From Collinsella sp. (GTDB lineage: Bacteria > Actinomycetota > Coriobacteriia > Coriobacteriales > Coriobacteriaceae): a stretch of 64,000 nt of DNA. Shown here in pieces: positions 45,070 to 54,989 of the stretch (positions are counted from its first letter, which is position 1; each line of letters starts with the position of its first letter). A program made the position numbers and the translations under genes. The stretch covers positions 1,125 through 65,124 of the forward strand of contig DBFVGT010000010.1 in the NCBI GenBank assembly GCA_048524725.1. Reading direction: 5' to 3'. Below the pieces are notes generated by a model. That model was not told the DNA's origin and ran no database searches. It saw only the letters and a program-made list of their open reading frames with translations.

Positions 45070-45509
45070 TGATTGGCAGGAAGCTTCGCGCTAAGAAGGT
45101 CAATGAGGGAATCGAGATGCCGCGCTATGCGCATGAGGGCGATGCTGGGCTTGACCTTCGCATTACCGAGACTGTCACGCTTGAACCGATGCAGAAGTGC
45201 GTTGTCGGTTGCGGCCTTGCCGTCGAGATTCCGAGCGGTTGCGTGGGGCTGGTGTTCCCGCGCAGCGGCCTTGCGGCAAAGCAGGGCATCACGCTTTCGA
45301 ATAGCGTTGGCGTTATCGACAGCGGCTATCGCGGCGAGGTGTGCGCGGCGCTCATCAATCAGAGCTATGAGACGGTTACGCTCGAAGCGGGTACGCGCGT
45401 CTGCCAGCTTGTCGTTATGCCCTATGTGCCGTGCGATCTCGTGCCGGTCGATGAGCTGAGCGACACCGAGCGCGGCGCGGGCGGCTTCGGAAGCACCGGC
45501 GTTGAGTAG
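45069..45509 (+). CDS. dut: dUTPase
   Basis: AGLDL, PRSGLA, GVIDSGYRGE, RGAGGFGSTG. Confidence 0.96.
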   Translation: MIGRKLRAKKVNEGIEMPRYAHEGDAGLDLRITETVTLEPMQKCVVGCGLAVEIPSGCVGLVFPRSGLAAKQGITLSNSVGVIDSGYRGEVCAALINQSYETVTLEAGTRVCQLVVMPYVPCDLVPVDELSDTERGAGGFGSTGVE

Positions 45510-45905
45510 GTGGCTGTCATGCTGGCAATAATCGGCGGAAGGCAAACGGGCAAGACAACGTGCCTTATCGAAATGTCGAACGAGACTGGCTATCCAATCC
45601 TGACCGCGACGCGCGGCATGGCGGAGAGCATCGAGCTTATGGCTCGAAGGATGCACAAGGAAATTCCGCCAGTGATTACGCCTTCTAGCTACGTCATGAA
45701 GGGCGAGCGCGTCATTGTTGATGAGGTGGGATTGCTCATCGAGTGCATTACGGGAGCAGAAGTGGTAGCGGCTTCAATAGACGGCGTTGCTATGGTTAAG
45801 GCTCAGCCGCCGAGCACCGACCTTGCGAAGCTTGGGATGTGGGAAGCCTTCAAGCTTTGGCGCTCAGAGCGCAAGCGCGCGCGATCTGGCGGTGACGGCA
45901 TGTGA
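45510..45905 (+). CDS. Small P-loop protein
   Basis: GGRQTGKTT and VIVDE. Confidence 0.6.
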   Translation: MAVMLAIIGGRQTGKTTCLIEMSNETGYPILTATRGMAESIELMARRMHKEIPPVITPSSYVMKGERVIVDEVGLLIECITGAEVVAASIDGVAMVKAQPPSTDLAKLGMWEAFKLWRSERKRARSGGDGM

Positions 45906-46351
45906 GGGCAAAGGAGTATTTCGAGGGCATCCGCGCCGAGGTGGTGAAGACCGACAGGGCGCGGGAAATGCTCGAACGCATGAAGGCGCGTGAAGGAGCC
46001 AAGGCGCAGAGCTATCAGGCTGGCGGCGGGAGTGGAGACGTTAGCGACCCTATGGATTCAATATCGCGCCGCATAGACTTCGAGGGAAGGTTGAAGAAGC
46101 GCATTGCCGACGCAGAGGAAGCCATAGACGAAGCGTGCGAAGTGCTATACGGCGCTGACGGTCGCGGAGGGCTTGCGAAGCTGAAGGGCACGCGATACGC
46201 AGACGCTATCTGCATGGGGTATCTGCAAGCGCAGCCATGGAGTGAGATTGCCGAAATCATGCAAGGTTCGGTGCGGTGGTGCCACGCGCTTTGCGATGTA
46301 GGTTTTGCGTACATTGACGAAGTTGGATGGGCGCATGTGAAAAACGCCTGA
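45902..46351 (+). CDS. Late transcriptional activator-like (RinA/ArpU-type position, C-terminal HTH)
   Basis: MRAKEY...YLQAQPWSEIAEIM; last early gene before the packaging module. Confidence 0.7.
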   Translation: MRAKEYFEGIRAEVVKTDRAREMLERMKAREGAKAQSYQAGGGSGDVSDPMDSISRRIDFEGRLKKRIADAEEAIDEACEVLYGADGRGGLAKLKGTRYADAICMGYLQAQPWSEIAEIMQGSVRWCHALCDVGFAYIDEVGWAHVKNA

Positions 46352-46412
46352 TAAATCGTTGTTCACATCAGTTCACTACTTCTGCTAGAATTCGGTACGG
46401 TGGATTAGGTCA

Positions 46413-46448
46413 AGGCCACGGGCAATCGCGCTCGTGGCCTTTTTGTTT
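46413..46448 (+). terminator. Terminator-like hairpin immediately 5' of the tRNA
   Basis: AGGCCACGGGC-N6-GCTCGTGGCCT-TTTTGTTT. Confidence 0.65.
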
Positions 46449-46536
46449 GGAGCGTTGGCAGAGTGGCTTATTGCGCACGGTTGCTAACCGTGTGGCGCGC
46501 CAGCGCCCGTAGGTTCGAATCCTACACGCTCCGCCA
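46449..46536 (+). tRNA. tRNA-Ser(GCT)
   Basis: Acceptor GGAGCGT/ACGCTCC plus G-CCA; anticodon arm CACGG-TTGCTAA-CCGTG; long variable arm; GTAGG-TTCGAAT-CCTAC T-arm. Confidence 0.93.
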
Positions 46537-46554
46537 CATCTCAGGGGGTGCGCC

Positions 46555-46872
46555 GTGGCTAAGGACTTCTCGCGCGCCTTCTACTCATCCGCCGACTGGG
46601 AACACGCCAGAGACGCGGCGCTGACGCGTGACGCTCACCTATGCCAGCACTGCTTGCAGCAAGGAGAGATCACGCCCGCCGTCATGGTGCATCACATCAC
46701 GGAGCTGACACCAGCGAACGTCAATGACCCGAACGTTGCGACCAACCTAGACAACCTCGTTAGCCTTTGCGACCGATGCCATAAGAAGGTGCATGGTTGG
46801 ATAAGGCAAGGGGCGACAAGGCAAGGGCTTGCCTTCGATAGCGACGGGAATCTGATATCGCTTGGCGATTGA
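46555..46872 (+). CDS. HNH endonuclease (packaging-associated)
   Basis: CQHC...VHHI...NLVSLCDRCHKKVH; precedes TerS. Confidence 0.92.
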   Translation: MAKDFSRAFYSSADWEHARDAALTRDAHLCQHCLQQGEITPAVMVHHITELTPANVNDPNVATNLDNLVSLCDRCHKKVHGWIRQGATRQGLAFDSDGNLISLGD

Positions 46873-47039
46873 TTCAAAAACACGACACAACGCGACGCAA
46901 GCGCGGGAAAGCGGACGCAAAACCGCAGGTGAACCCGCGTGACAATCCCCCCGGTCTGAAAAACGCGGGTGGTGCCTAGGGCACCAACGCCGGGAGGTAA
47001 TTTCTTGCGCGCGACGGATTTTCGAAAGGGGGTGGTCTT

Positions 47040-47465
47040 GTGCAAAAGGGAAAAGTAGGCAATACTTCGAAGATTTCAGCCGAGGTTTCGGGAAGCAGCC
47101 CGCCGAAGCGCCCGACTTCCAAGCAGAAGCGCGTAGAGAGCGAGCTTAAGAAGCTGCGCGAGATCACCAAGGGCGCTATCCCCGACGAGAAGCGAAAAAC
47201 CGTCATGCCGCTGCTTGCGAACCTCGCTTTTCTGAAGGTCAAGCTTGACGATGCCCGCGCCGATCTGCTCTACGAAGATATCTTCACCGAGTATGACAAC
47301 GGCGGCGGGCAAACCGGGCTGCGCGAGCATCCCGGATTCAGTGCATACAACAAGCTGTTCACTACGTTTTCGCGCGGCGTGAAGCAGCTTACCGACATGA
47401 TGCCGAACGGCACCGCCGCTGCCGACGCGCTCATTGACTTCATCAATGAAACGCGGTACGGCTAG
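47040..47465 (+). CDS. Terminase small subunit (P27-like)
   Basis: YDNGGGQTGLREHPGFSAYNKL; position. Confidence 0.8.
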   Translation: MQKGKVGNTSKISAEVSGSSPPKRPTSKQKRVESELKKLREITKGAIPDEKRKTVMPLLANLAFLKVKLDDARADLLYEDIFTEYDNGGGQTGLREHPGFSAYNKLFTTFSRGVKQLTDMMPNGTAAADALIDFINETRYG

Positions 47466-49182
47466 GGCGAAGTCTAAGGGCGGCTCGTGCGAGCGCGCGA
47501 TACGCGAATACTTCGGCGGCATACTGAGCGGCGAGATCATAGCGTGCGAGAAGATGAAGCAGGTTGCCGCTCATGTCCTGCGCGACATGGACAACACCGA
47601 CCCGCTCTATCCGTACCACTACCGCGAAGAGTTCGCGCAGAAGCACGTTCGGTTCATCGAAAGCTTCTGCCGCCTACCGTCCGGGCGCTTGGGTCACGAT
47701 TTCAAGCTAGAGCTTTTCCAACGCGCCATTCTGTCGGTGGTTTTCGGCTTCGTTGACGCTGAGGGCGTGCGCCAGTACCGAGAAGTGCTCTGGATTATGG
47801 GGCGCAAGAACGGAAAGACCGCGCTTGCGTCTGCGATAGAGCTTGATTTGCTCGTTAACGACGATGAGGGCGCGCCGGAGGTGTACAACGTCGCCACCGC
47901 CCACGACCAGGCGGCAAAGGGATTCAACAACGCGTGGCGCATGGTGCTCACCAGCCCCGCGCTGGCGAAGCACATAAGAAAGCGCGTGTCAGACCTTTAC
48001 TGCGATCTGAACATGGGCACCATCAAGGCGCTGAGCGCCAACACGAACCACCTAGACGGTCTGGACATTTCCGGCGCTATCGTTGACGAGCTGGCCGCGA
48101 TGAAGAACCGCGACCTTTACGACCTGACGATGCAGGGAACGTCCGCTCGCCGCCAGCCGCTAGTTTTGGAGATCACGACTAACGGCTTCGTGCGAAACGG
48201 CATCTTCGATGCGCAATACGAGTACGCGACAAAATGGCTTGACGGCAAGGCGACCGGAGAGAAGGCGGAGCGCTTCATAGCGTTCATCTTCGAGCTTGAC
48301 GAGCGCGAGGAATGGCAGGACGAAGGAGCTTGGGTAAAGGCAAACCCCGGCCTTGGCACCATCAAATCGCTTTCCGCCCTCCGTCAGAACGTTTCCAAGG
48401 CGAAGGACGATGCGACATACCTTCCAACCCTGCTTGTTAAGGACTTCAACCTCATTGAGAACCAGTCTCAGGCGTGGCTTACGTGGTCTGAGATTCACAA
48501 CGAAGCTACTTTCGACCCCGGCGACGGGACGTTTACGTATGCCGTTCTAGGCGTTGACGCGGCGGACACGACCGACCTTACCGCCGCCTGTCTTCTCATG
48601 CAGCGGCCTAACGATCCGAACTTCTACGCGCTGCACATGGCGTGGATTCCGCTTCGCGCGTTGGAGCAAGCGGAGAAGGAGGGGCGGCGCGGAGGGCGCG
48701 ACGGCGTGCCTTACGACGCGTGGATTGCGCGCGGGCTTATGCGGACGTGCGAAACGCCCATCATGGACAAGCGCGACGTTCTGGATTGGGTGGCCGAGGT
48801 TCAGGACAAGTACGGCATCTATGCCGTCTCTTGCGGCTACGACCCGTGGCACATGCGCGACGTTCCGACCGTGGAAGCATACGAAGACTATTTCGGCGCT
48901 GACAACCTGCAAAAGGTCATTCAGGGCGCGCAAACGCTGTCAATGCCGATGAAGGAGCTTCGAGCGCTCTACAAGGAAGGGCGCATCGTGGACAACGCCA
49001 ACCCGATTGCCGAATGGTGCCGTTCGAACGTCGCCATTCGAACTGACGTGAACGGAAACATTCAGCCGGACAAGAAGAACCAAGACCCGCGCAACCGCAT
49101 AGACGCGTGGGCGGCTGAGTGCGACGCGTTCATTGCGATGAAGAACATTGCGGACGATTACCGCGCGATGATAGGAGGTTAG
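47446..49182 (+). CDS. Terminase large subunit (start uncertain)
   Basis: MGRKNGKT Walker A, IVDEL Walker B, ITTNG, RIDAWAA. Confidence 0.95.
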   Translation: MKRGTARAKSKGGSCERAIREYFGGILSGEIIACEKMKQVAAHVLRDMDNTDPLYPYHYREEFAQKHVRFIESFCRLPSGRLGHDFKLELFQRAILSVVFGFVDAEGVRQYREVLWIMGRKNGKTALASAIELDLLVNDDEGAPEVYNVATAHDQAAKGFNNAWRMVLTSPALAKHIRKRVSDLYCDLNMGTIKALSANTNHLDGLDISGAIVDELAAMKNRDLYDLTMQGTSARRQPLVLEITTNGFVRNGIFDAQYEYATKWLDGKATGEKAERFIAFIFELDEREEWQDEGAWVKANPGLGTIKSLSALRQNVSKAKDDATYLPTLLVKDFNLIENQSQAWLTWSEIHNEATFDPGDGTFTYAVLGVDAADTTDLTAACLLMQRPNDPNFYALHMAWIPLRALEQAEKEGRRGGRDGVPYDAWIARGLMRTCETPIMDKRDVLDWVAEVQDKYGIYAVSCGYDPWHMRDVPTVEAYEDYFGADNLQKVIQGAQTLSMPMKELRALYKEGRIVDNANPIAEWCRSNVAIRTDVNGNIQPDKKNQDPRNRIDAWAAECDAFIAMKNIADDYRAMIGG

Positions 49183-49184
49183 AG

Positions 49185-50462
49185 TTGAGCAGATCACAAC
49201 CGTTTCTGCGCTCGCTCTTCGATGCGGTGTTCCACCGTCCGCAGATGCAAGCGGTAAACGGCTATTTCTCTACGTTCACGGCCTATGCCCCGTCGTTCAC
49301 GACGTGGCAGGGCGGGCTTTACGAAGCAGAGCTTACGCGAAGCATCATCGAGAGCGGCGCAGACCACGCAAGTAAGCTGAAACCGGAGGTTTCCGGCTCT
49401 GCTCAGCCTGTCGCCGCGCGTGCTCTCAGGCAGCAGCCTAACCCGTGGATGACCACGCCGCAGTTCATCAAGCGCATTTGGACGATTCTTCAGGTCAACG
49501 ACACGGCGCTTATCGTGCCTATCGACGCTGGCGACGGTATTACGATCACCGGGTACTATCCCGTGCTTCCGAGCCAGTGCGAAGCATACGACGTTGACGG
49601 TGAGCTTTGGCTAAAGCTCACGTTTCCGACAGGCGACAGCGTGCTTGTCGAGTGGTCGCGCGTTGGCGTGATGACGCGCCACCAGTACCAAAGCGATTTG
49701 TTCGGCGACGGCACGAACGTTCTTCAGCCGACGCTAGAGCTTATGCACGCTCAGAACGAAGCCGAGCAATCGGCTATCAATCAGGGCGCGGCAATCCGCT
49801 TCATCGGCAAGCTCAGTCAGAACCGCAACGAAGGCGACCAAGAGCGGGCGCGAAAGGCGTTCAACGCTCAGCTTTCCGCCGACAACGCGGGAGGAATCGC
49901 GGTCTATGACAAGCTGTTTTCGGATGTTGAGCAGATCACGCCGACAAGCTACACGGTCGATGCGGCGCAGATGGAGCGAATCGAGAAGAGCGCTTATCGC
50001 TTCTTTGGCTCCAATGAGGATATCGTCACGAACTGCGCGGACGAAGACACCTTCAACAGCTACTACGAAGGCCGCATCGAGCCGTTCGCTGTTCAGCTCG
50101 GCTTCGTTATCACGTCCATGACGTACACGGCAAACGAGATCGCGCACGGAAACTCAATCATGTTCAGCGCGAACCGCCTAGAGTTCGCCAGCAACACGAC
50201 GAAGCTTAACGTTTCCGTCGCGCTTTTCGACCGTGGCATCTGGAACGGCAATCAGGTAGCCGATGTTTTCCAATCCCCGCACTACGAGGGCGGAGAGCGC
50301 CACGTGATACGCGGCGAGTACATCGACCTAGAACTTATCAGCGAGCATACGGCGGAACAGGCGGCGCAAGCCGCAGAGACGAACGCGAACATAGCCGCAA
50401 TCGACGCGAGCAGCGGCTACGGCGACAAGAAGGAGGTAGACGATGCCAGCGAAACCGAGTGA
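49185..50462 (+). CDS. Portal protein (HK97-like)
   Basis: TTG start behind AGGAGG; QQPNPWMT; follows TerL. Confidence 0.9.
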   Translation: MSRSQPFLRSLFDAVFHRPQMQAVNGYFSTFTAYAPSFTTWQGGLYEAELTRSIIESGADHASKLKPEVSGSAQPVAARALRQQPNPWMTTPQFIKRIWTILQVNDTALIVPIDAGDGITITGYYPVLPSQCEAYDVDGELWLKLTFPTGDSVLVEWSRVGVMTRHQYQSDLFGDGTNVLQPTLELMHAQNEAEQSAINQGAAIRFIGKLSQNRNEGDQERARKAFNAQLSADNAGGIAVYDKLFSDVEQITPTSYTVDAAQMERIEKSAYRFFGSNEDIVTNCADEDTFNSYYEGRIEPFAVQLGFVITSMTYTANEIAHGNSIMFSANRLEFASNTTKLNVSVALFDRGIWNGNQVADVFQSPHYEGGERHVIRGEYIDLELISEHTAEQAAQAAETNANIAAIDASSGYGDKKEVDDASETE

Positions 50463-51078
50463 GCGGCAATACCGTTCCCTTGCCGTGCCGCTCAACGTGA
50501 GGGCGGCTGACGGCGCAATAAAGAAGCGTTTCGACACGGAATACTACGTTGAGGGATACGCTTCTACTTTCAACGACCCATACGTTCTGTTCGAGGATTT
50601 CGACGGAACAAAGTACATCGAGGTTATCAGCCCCGATGCCTTCCGCGAAGCGGACATGAGCGACGTTATCCTTCAGTTCGACCATGCGGGCAGGGTGTAC
50701 GCCCGCATGAGCAACGGGACGCTCGTTGTGGAGCCGGACGAGCACGGGCTTTTCATTGCCGCCGACCTGTCGCGCTCTCAGGGCGCGCGCGATCTCTTCG
50801 AAGAGATAAAGGCCGGTCTTATCACGCGCATGTCGTGGGCGTTCACGGTCGCGGCAGACGAATACGACCGCGAGACGCACACCACGACCATTACGCGCGT
50901 CAAAAAGGTTTTCGACGTGTCCGCCGTCAGTCTTCCGGCTGACCCGAACACCGAGATATCAGCAAGAAATCTGCTCAACGGAGCGATTGAGCAGTCGCGC
51001 AAGGAGCTTGCGCGCCGTAAGAGTGCCCTTGCCGTTGCGAGGGCGACGCTGGCAATCGCCAAGAGCAGAAAGGTTTAG
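50443..51078 (+). CDS. HK97-family prohead protease
   Basis: VEGYASTFN, FDH, MSWAFTV, DVSAVSLPA. Confidence 0.92.
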   Translation: MPAKPSERQYRSLAVPLNVRAADGAIKKRFDTEYYVEGYASTFNDPYVLFEDFDGTKYIEVISPDAFREADMSDVILQFDHAGRVYARMSNGTLVVEPDEHGLFIAADLSRSQGARDLFEEIKAGLITRMSWAFTVAADEYDRETHTTTITRVKKVFDVSAVSLPADPNTEISARNLLNGAIEQSRKELARRKSALAVARATLAIAKSRKV

Positions 51079-51082
51079 AACA

Positions 51083-52363
51083 ATGGACGAAATGACTATG
51101 GATGACCTGCTTAACGAGCTTCAGGGTCTTGTCGATAAGTACAAGGCCGATGACGGCACCGACACCGAGCCTACCGAGCAGGACGCAGAGCGCATGAGCG
51201 CGCTTACCGCCGAGATCGAGAAGCGCAACGCCGCCGCCGCTCAGCGCCGCGACAGCCACACCGCGACCGTTGCCGCCGCCCGCGCCGCTATCGAGAACGG
51301 CACCGCCCGCCGTGTCGATTCCGTGCCGCTGGGCACCTCCGCGAGCGCTCGCGGTGCCCTTCCGCAGGTGCGCGACACCACCGACTACAACGCCGCCGCC
51401 CGCCGCGCGTGGGTGAAGGACATTGCAAGCCGTTCCGGCGTGCAGCTCATCGGTGGCACCGAGCTTACGCAGGTTGAGCGCGACGCATACAACCACCTTA
51501 TCGAGCAGCGCACTGCGTTTACGCATCTGACCAGCAACACCGACGCGGTTATCCCCGTCGAGCTTCAGACGCAGATTTTCACGCTGATTGACAACACGGC
51601 TGTTCTCTACGGCGACATCCACAAGGACAACTTCCCGCACCAGTTCGAGCTTATCCGCCATAAGAGCATCAAGGCTGGCGACGCTGCGAAGACCGATGAG
51701 GGCGCAGCGCCCACCGATGAGGAGCAGAACGAGTTCGACACCATCACCCTTACGGGCGAGGAGATCAAGAAGACCGTCAAGATGAGCCGCAAGATGGCGG
51801 TTCAGACCATTAACGGCTTTGAGCAGTACATCGTCAACGAGACTGGCGCGCGCCTTGCCGTCGCCGCCAACGCTCGTGCCCACGCGAAGACCGTTGACAC
51901 CAAGCTTGGCATGGATTCCGGCAACAAGATCAACTGCGCCACCGCTGGCACCCTGAAGAAGGCTGATATCACCAAGCTTCTGGGCATGCTCTACACCTAC
52001 GGCAACCCCGCGCCGAAGGGCTGCATTATCTACGCCAACGGCAACACCATCTGGAACTATATTGCGATGGTCGAGGATGCCAACGGGCGCTCTTACTTCG
52101 TGGACGAGAAGACCGAAGACCCCGCCGTTGAGGGTCATATCTTCGGCAAGCTCGTTAAGCGAGACGATTCTATGGCCGATGGCATCATCAAGGCCGGTTA
52201 TCCCGACCTGTTCCGTGGAAACATCTTCGACGGCGTGGACGTTACGCCCTACGTCGAGCCGGGTACGCAGAAGCGCTGCTTTGACGGCTACCTGCTCTTT
52301 GACGGCGGCCTTGTCGTTCCCAAGGCTTTCGGCCAGCTCACCATCGGCGCCGCCGCAAAGTAA
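51083..52363 (+). CDS. Major capsid protein (HK97-like, with delta domain)
   Basis: N-terminal coiled coil; AVIPVELQTQI; follows protease. Confidence 0.9.
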   Translation: MDEMTMDDLLNELQGLVDKYKADDGTDTEPTEQDAERMSALTAEIEKRNAAAAQRRDSHTATVAAARAAIENGTARRVDSVPLGTSASARGALPQVRDTTDYNAAARRAWVKDIASRSGVQLIGGTELTQVERDAYNHLIEQRTAFTHLTSNTDAVIPVELQTQIFTLIDNTAVLYGDIHKDNFPHQFELIRHKSIKAGDAAKTDEGAAPTDEEQNEFDTITLTGEEIKKTVKMSRKMAVQTINGFEQYIVNETGARLAVAANARAHAKTVDTKLGMDSGNKINCATAGTLKKADITKLLGMLYTYGNPAPKGCIIYANGNTIWNYIAMVEDANGRSYFVDEKTEDPAVEGHIFGKLVKRDDSMADGIIKAGYPDLFRGNIFDGVDVTPYVEPGTQKRCFDGYLLFDGGLVVPKAFGQLTIGAAAK

Positions 52364-52377
52364 CGAGGTGGTGACAG

Positions 52378-52680
52378 ATGGCAGAGAAGCCGAAGCTGCT
52401 TGACGCGTGCCGCGAAGCGCTGAGGATTCCCGCCGAATGCACCGACTTTGACGCTGAGATCGAAGACCTCATCGAAGCCGCCCGCGCCGCTATGCGCGCG
52501 GGCGGCGTTGCCGATGCCGTAGCCGCCGACGATTCGAACAGCACGGTTCGGCTTGCGGTGAAGGTCTACTGCAAGGCTAACTTCGGCATGGACAATCCCG
52601 ATGCCGACCGCCTTACTCAGAGCTTCGATGATCTGCTAACCATGATGGGCGGCAGCTCGGAGTTCGGGGGCGCGTCATGA
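52378..52680 (+). CDS. Head-tail connector protein
   Basis: ALRI...FDAEIEDLIEAA...AVKVYCKANFG. Confidence 0.85.
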   Translation: MAEKPKLLDACREALRIPAECTDFDAEIEDLIEAARAAMRAGGVADAVAADDSNSTVRLAVKVYCKANFGMDNPDADRLTQSFDDLLTMMGGSSEFGGAS

Positions 52681-52988
52681 GCATGTGGGCTGGCACGTGC
52701 CAGCTCATCGCTAAGACCGTCAAGAAGGACGAATACGGCGTGCAGCAGGTGCAGGAGACGAAGCGCAAGGTCTTCTGCAACGTGTTCAGCATGGGCGACG
52801 CGGCATACTACGCAGCCGCCGCCGCTGGCATCCACCCCGAAGCCGTGTTGCAGATTCGGAAGAGCGCCTACAACGGGGAGCGGCTAGTCGAGTTCGACGG
52901 TGCGCGGCTCACGGTCGCGCGCGTTGACAGGTCAAGCCCCGACTTCGTGCGCCTGACGCTCTCAGAGGTGGTGGGCGACCGTGGCTGA
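52677..52988 (+). CDS. Head closure/adaptor protein
   Basis: Size, position, DEYGVQ...RKVFCNV. Confidence 0.75.
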   Translation: MSMWAGTCQLIAKTVKKDEYGVQQVQETKRKVFCNVFSMGDAAYYAAAAAGIHPEAVLQIRKSAYNGERLVEFDGARLTVARVDRSSPDFVRLTLSEVVGDRG

Positions 52989-53352
52989 GCAGAGCATCGA
53001 GCGGTTCATACGCAGCTGCATGAAAGAGTGCGTGGACGATAACGTTTCCGCGCTCGCTGAGAACGCGGGCGAAGCCGGAAGGCGCGCCGTGAAGCTGTTG
53101 AAGCAGGAAAGCAAGGTGCGCACCGGTGCTTACAAGAAGGGCTGGAAGGCCGACGTTAAGACCGATGAGACGGGCACCGAATGTACCGTGCACAACCGGC
53201 GATACCAGCTAACGCACCTGTTGGAGAACGGTCACCAGATCACGAACCAGACTGGCGAGGATTACGGCACCGTTCCCGGCGACGGCGTTATCAGGAAGGT
53301 TGCAGACCAAGTGGCGCGAGAGTTCGCGGAGATGGGGGGCGACGGACGATGA
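52981..53352 (+). CDS. HK97 gp10-like neck protein
   Basis: RTGAYKKGW...YQLTHLLENGH. Confidence 0.85.
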   Translation: MAEQSIERFIRSCMKECVDDNVSALAENAGEAGRRAVKLLKQESKVRTGAYKKGWKADVKTDETGTECTVHNRRYQLTHLLENGHQITNQTGEDYGTVPGDGVIRKVADQVAREFAEMGGDGR

Positions 53353-53678
53353 TTGAGCTAAAGGCGCTTTGCGGCGTTCTCGATTCGCTCGGCATCCCGT
53401 GGGCTAATCAGCGATTCGCTGACGGCGAGGAACCCGCGCCGCCCTTCATCTGCCTTGTCGCGGGCTACAACGAAGCTGCCTACGCGGACAACGGCACCTA
53501 TCTTTCGTGGATGCCCTACGATATCGCGCTCTACACGCGGCACCGCGACTACGCGACCGAGAAGCGCATACGCGATGCGCTCGAAGCCGCAGAGTGCCCG
53601 TTCACGCTGAGCATCACGAACATTGATTCAGAAGAGCTTACCGAAGCGGCGTTCACCGTGAACGTCGCCGAGAGTTAG
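53349..53678 (+). CDS. Tail terminator-like protein
   Basis: PAPPFICL...YADN...IALYT; position. Confidence 0.7.
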   Translation: MIELKALCGVLDSLGIPWANQRFADGEEPAPPFICLVAGYNEAAYADNGTYLSWMPYDIALYTRHRDYATEKRIRDALEAAECPFTLSITNIDSEELTEAAFTVNVAES

Positions 53679-53688
53679 GAGAAAACAA

Positions 53689-54285
53689 ATGGCACGAAAC
53701 GGATTCTTCGGCGTGAAGAACTCGCACTTTGCGATCTGCACCGACGAAGACGCACTTACCTACGAAGACCCCGTGCATGTCGCGGGAACCGTAGCTATCA
53801 GCATGGAGCCTACCGTTGAGACGGCAACTAGCTACGCCGACAACGAGCCGTGGCTTGACAAGCAGCAGGACAACGGCGGCTCTGGAACGATGAGCTTCTA
53901 CGATACCGAGAGCACCGCAGAGCTGCGGCAGCTTATCGCAGACCTCGTGGGCTACGAGATCGCGCAGGACGGGCGAACCATCCTGAGCGCCGACCGCACG
54001 CCTAAGAAGTTCGCCTTTATGTGCGAGCAGCCGGGGCACGTGCTCGGTCGCCGCCGCTGCCTTCTCATGTGCCAGCTCTCGAAGCCGACGCAGGAGCTTA
54101 ACACCGTGCAGGACACGCCCGAGATCACGCAGCTTGATTATCCATTCACGTGGCGACCGGTCACTATCCCGAGCACCGACATTCGCACGAGCGGTTACGA
54201 CAGCTTTACCGGACTTGCCGACTATGCAACGTTCTTCGATGCGGTGAACATCGAGCTTGCGCACAAGACCGAGCCGACGGCCTAG
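53689..54285 (+). CDS. Major tail protein (phi13-like)
   Basis: FGVKNSHFA...GTVAISMEP...YADN. Confidence 0.85.
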   Translation: MARNGFFGVKNSHFAICTDEDALTYEDPVHVAGTVAISMEPTVETATSYADNEPWLDKQQDNGGSGTMSFYDTESTAELRQLIADLVGYEIAQDGRTILSADRTPKKFAFMCEQPGHVLGRRRCLLMCQLSKPTQELNTVQDTPEITQLDYPFTWRPVTIPSTDIRTSGYDSFTGLADYATFFDAVNIELAHKTEPTA

Positions 54286-54295
54286 GAGGTGGCGA

Positions 54296-54706
54296 ATGCT
54301 TATCAAGGTTGGCGAAAAGAGCTACGAAGCGACCTTCAACGCGTTCACGCCGATTGCCTATTCTCGATGCTTTAATGAGGTTGTCGAGGGCGGAAGGAAG
54401 CGCCCGAAGGACATTGCGGATGCGGTTTCTAAGATCGCCGGTTCTCTCATGACTAGCGACGTGCCCGCTATCGTCCCGCTGCTCGAAATCTTCTACGCGT
54501 GCATCAAGACCGCAACGCCGAAGTTCGATACCGGATTCGATGAGTGGGTTTCTTCCTTCCCGTCGGACGCGTACAACTTGGAGCGCAGGGACGGTTGGGC
54601 TTCCGACGTGATGCGCATTGTCGAGGACAACTTTTTTCCAAGCGCCGCGAAAGATGCAGTGGAAGCCGAGGGAGCCGAAAAGGCCAGCCCCGCCGCTTCC
54701 AAGTAA
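54296..54706 (+). CDS. Tail assembly chaperone
   Basis: AGGAGG RBS; lies between major tail and TMP. Confidence 0.75.
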   Translation: MLIKVGEKSYEATFNAFTPIAYSRCFNEVVEGGRKRPKDIADAVSKIAGSLMTSDVPAIVPLLEIFYACIKTATPKFDTGFDEWVSSFPSDAYNLERRDGWASDVMRIVEDNFFPSAAKDAVEAEGAEKASPAASK

Positions 54707-54899
54707 CCTGCAAGACGCGTGCGACGCGCGATACATCTACAACTGCCAGCAATGCGGCCTGACGCTTTCAGACCTTCAGATGATGAGCTACCGGCAGGTT
54801 CAAGACCTGTTGGAGATCAACGCGTTTTACGCCGACGCTGCGGCGCACTACGACGAAGACGAGAAGGCGCGCAAGGCAGAAGCCGCGTTCTGGTCATGA
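54636..54899 (+). CDS. Tail chaperone extension ORF (probably reached by frameshift)
   Basis: Overlapping +1 frame with no good start; CQQCGLTLSDLQMMSYRQVQDLL. Confidence 0.55.
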   Translation, partial: FQAPRKMQWKPREPKRPAPPLPSNLQDACDARYIYNCQQCGLTLSDLQMMSYRQVQDLLEINAFYADAAAHYDEDEKARKAEAAFWS

Positions 54900-54989
54900 C
54901 ATGAAGTGAGTTCTTGACGGCAGCGCACCCGCGAGGGCGCGTTGCTTCAAGCACTCATGGGACTTTGACAACCGAAGAGGGGTGATTAC

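Noticed and set aside
46449..46536. tRNA-Ser as a prophage attachment site
   Set aside because: Lies internally between the late activator and HNH/terminase genes; no duplicate of its 3' end seen in the window
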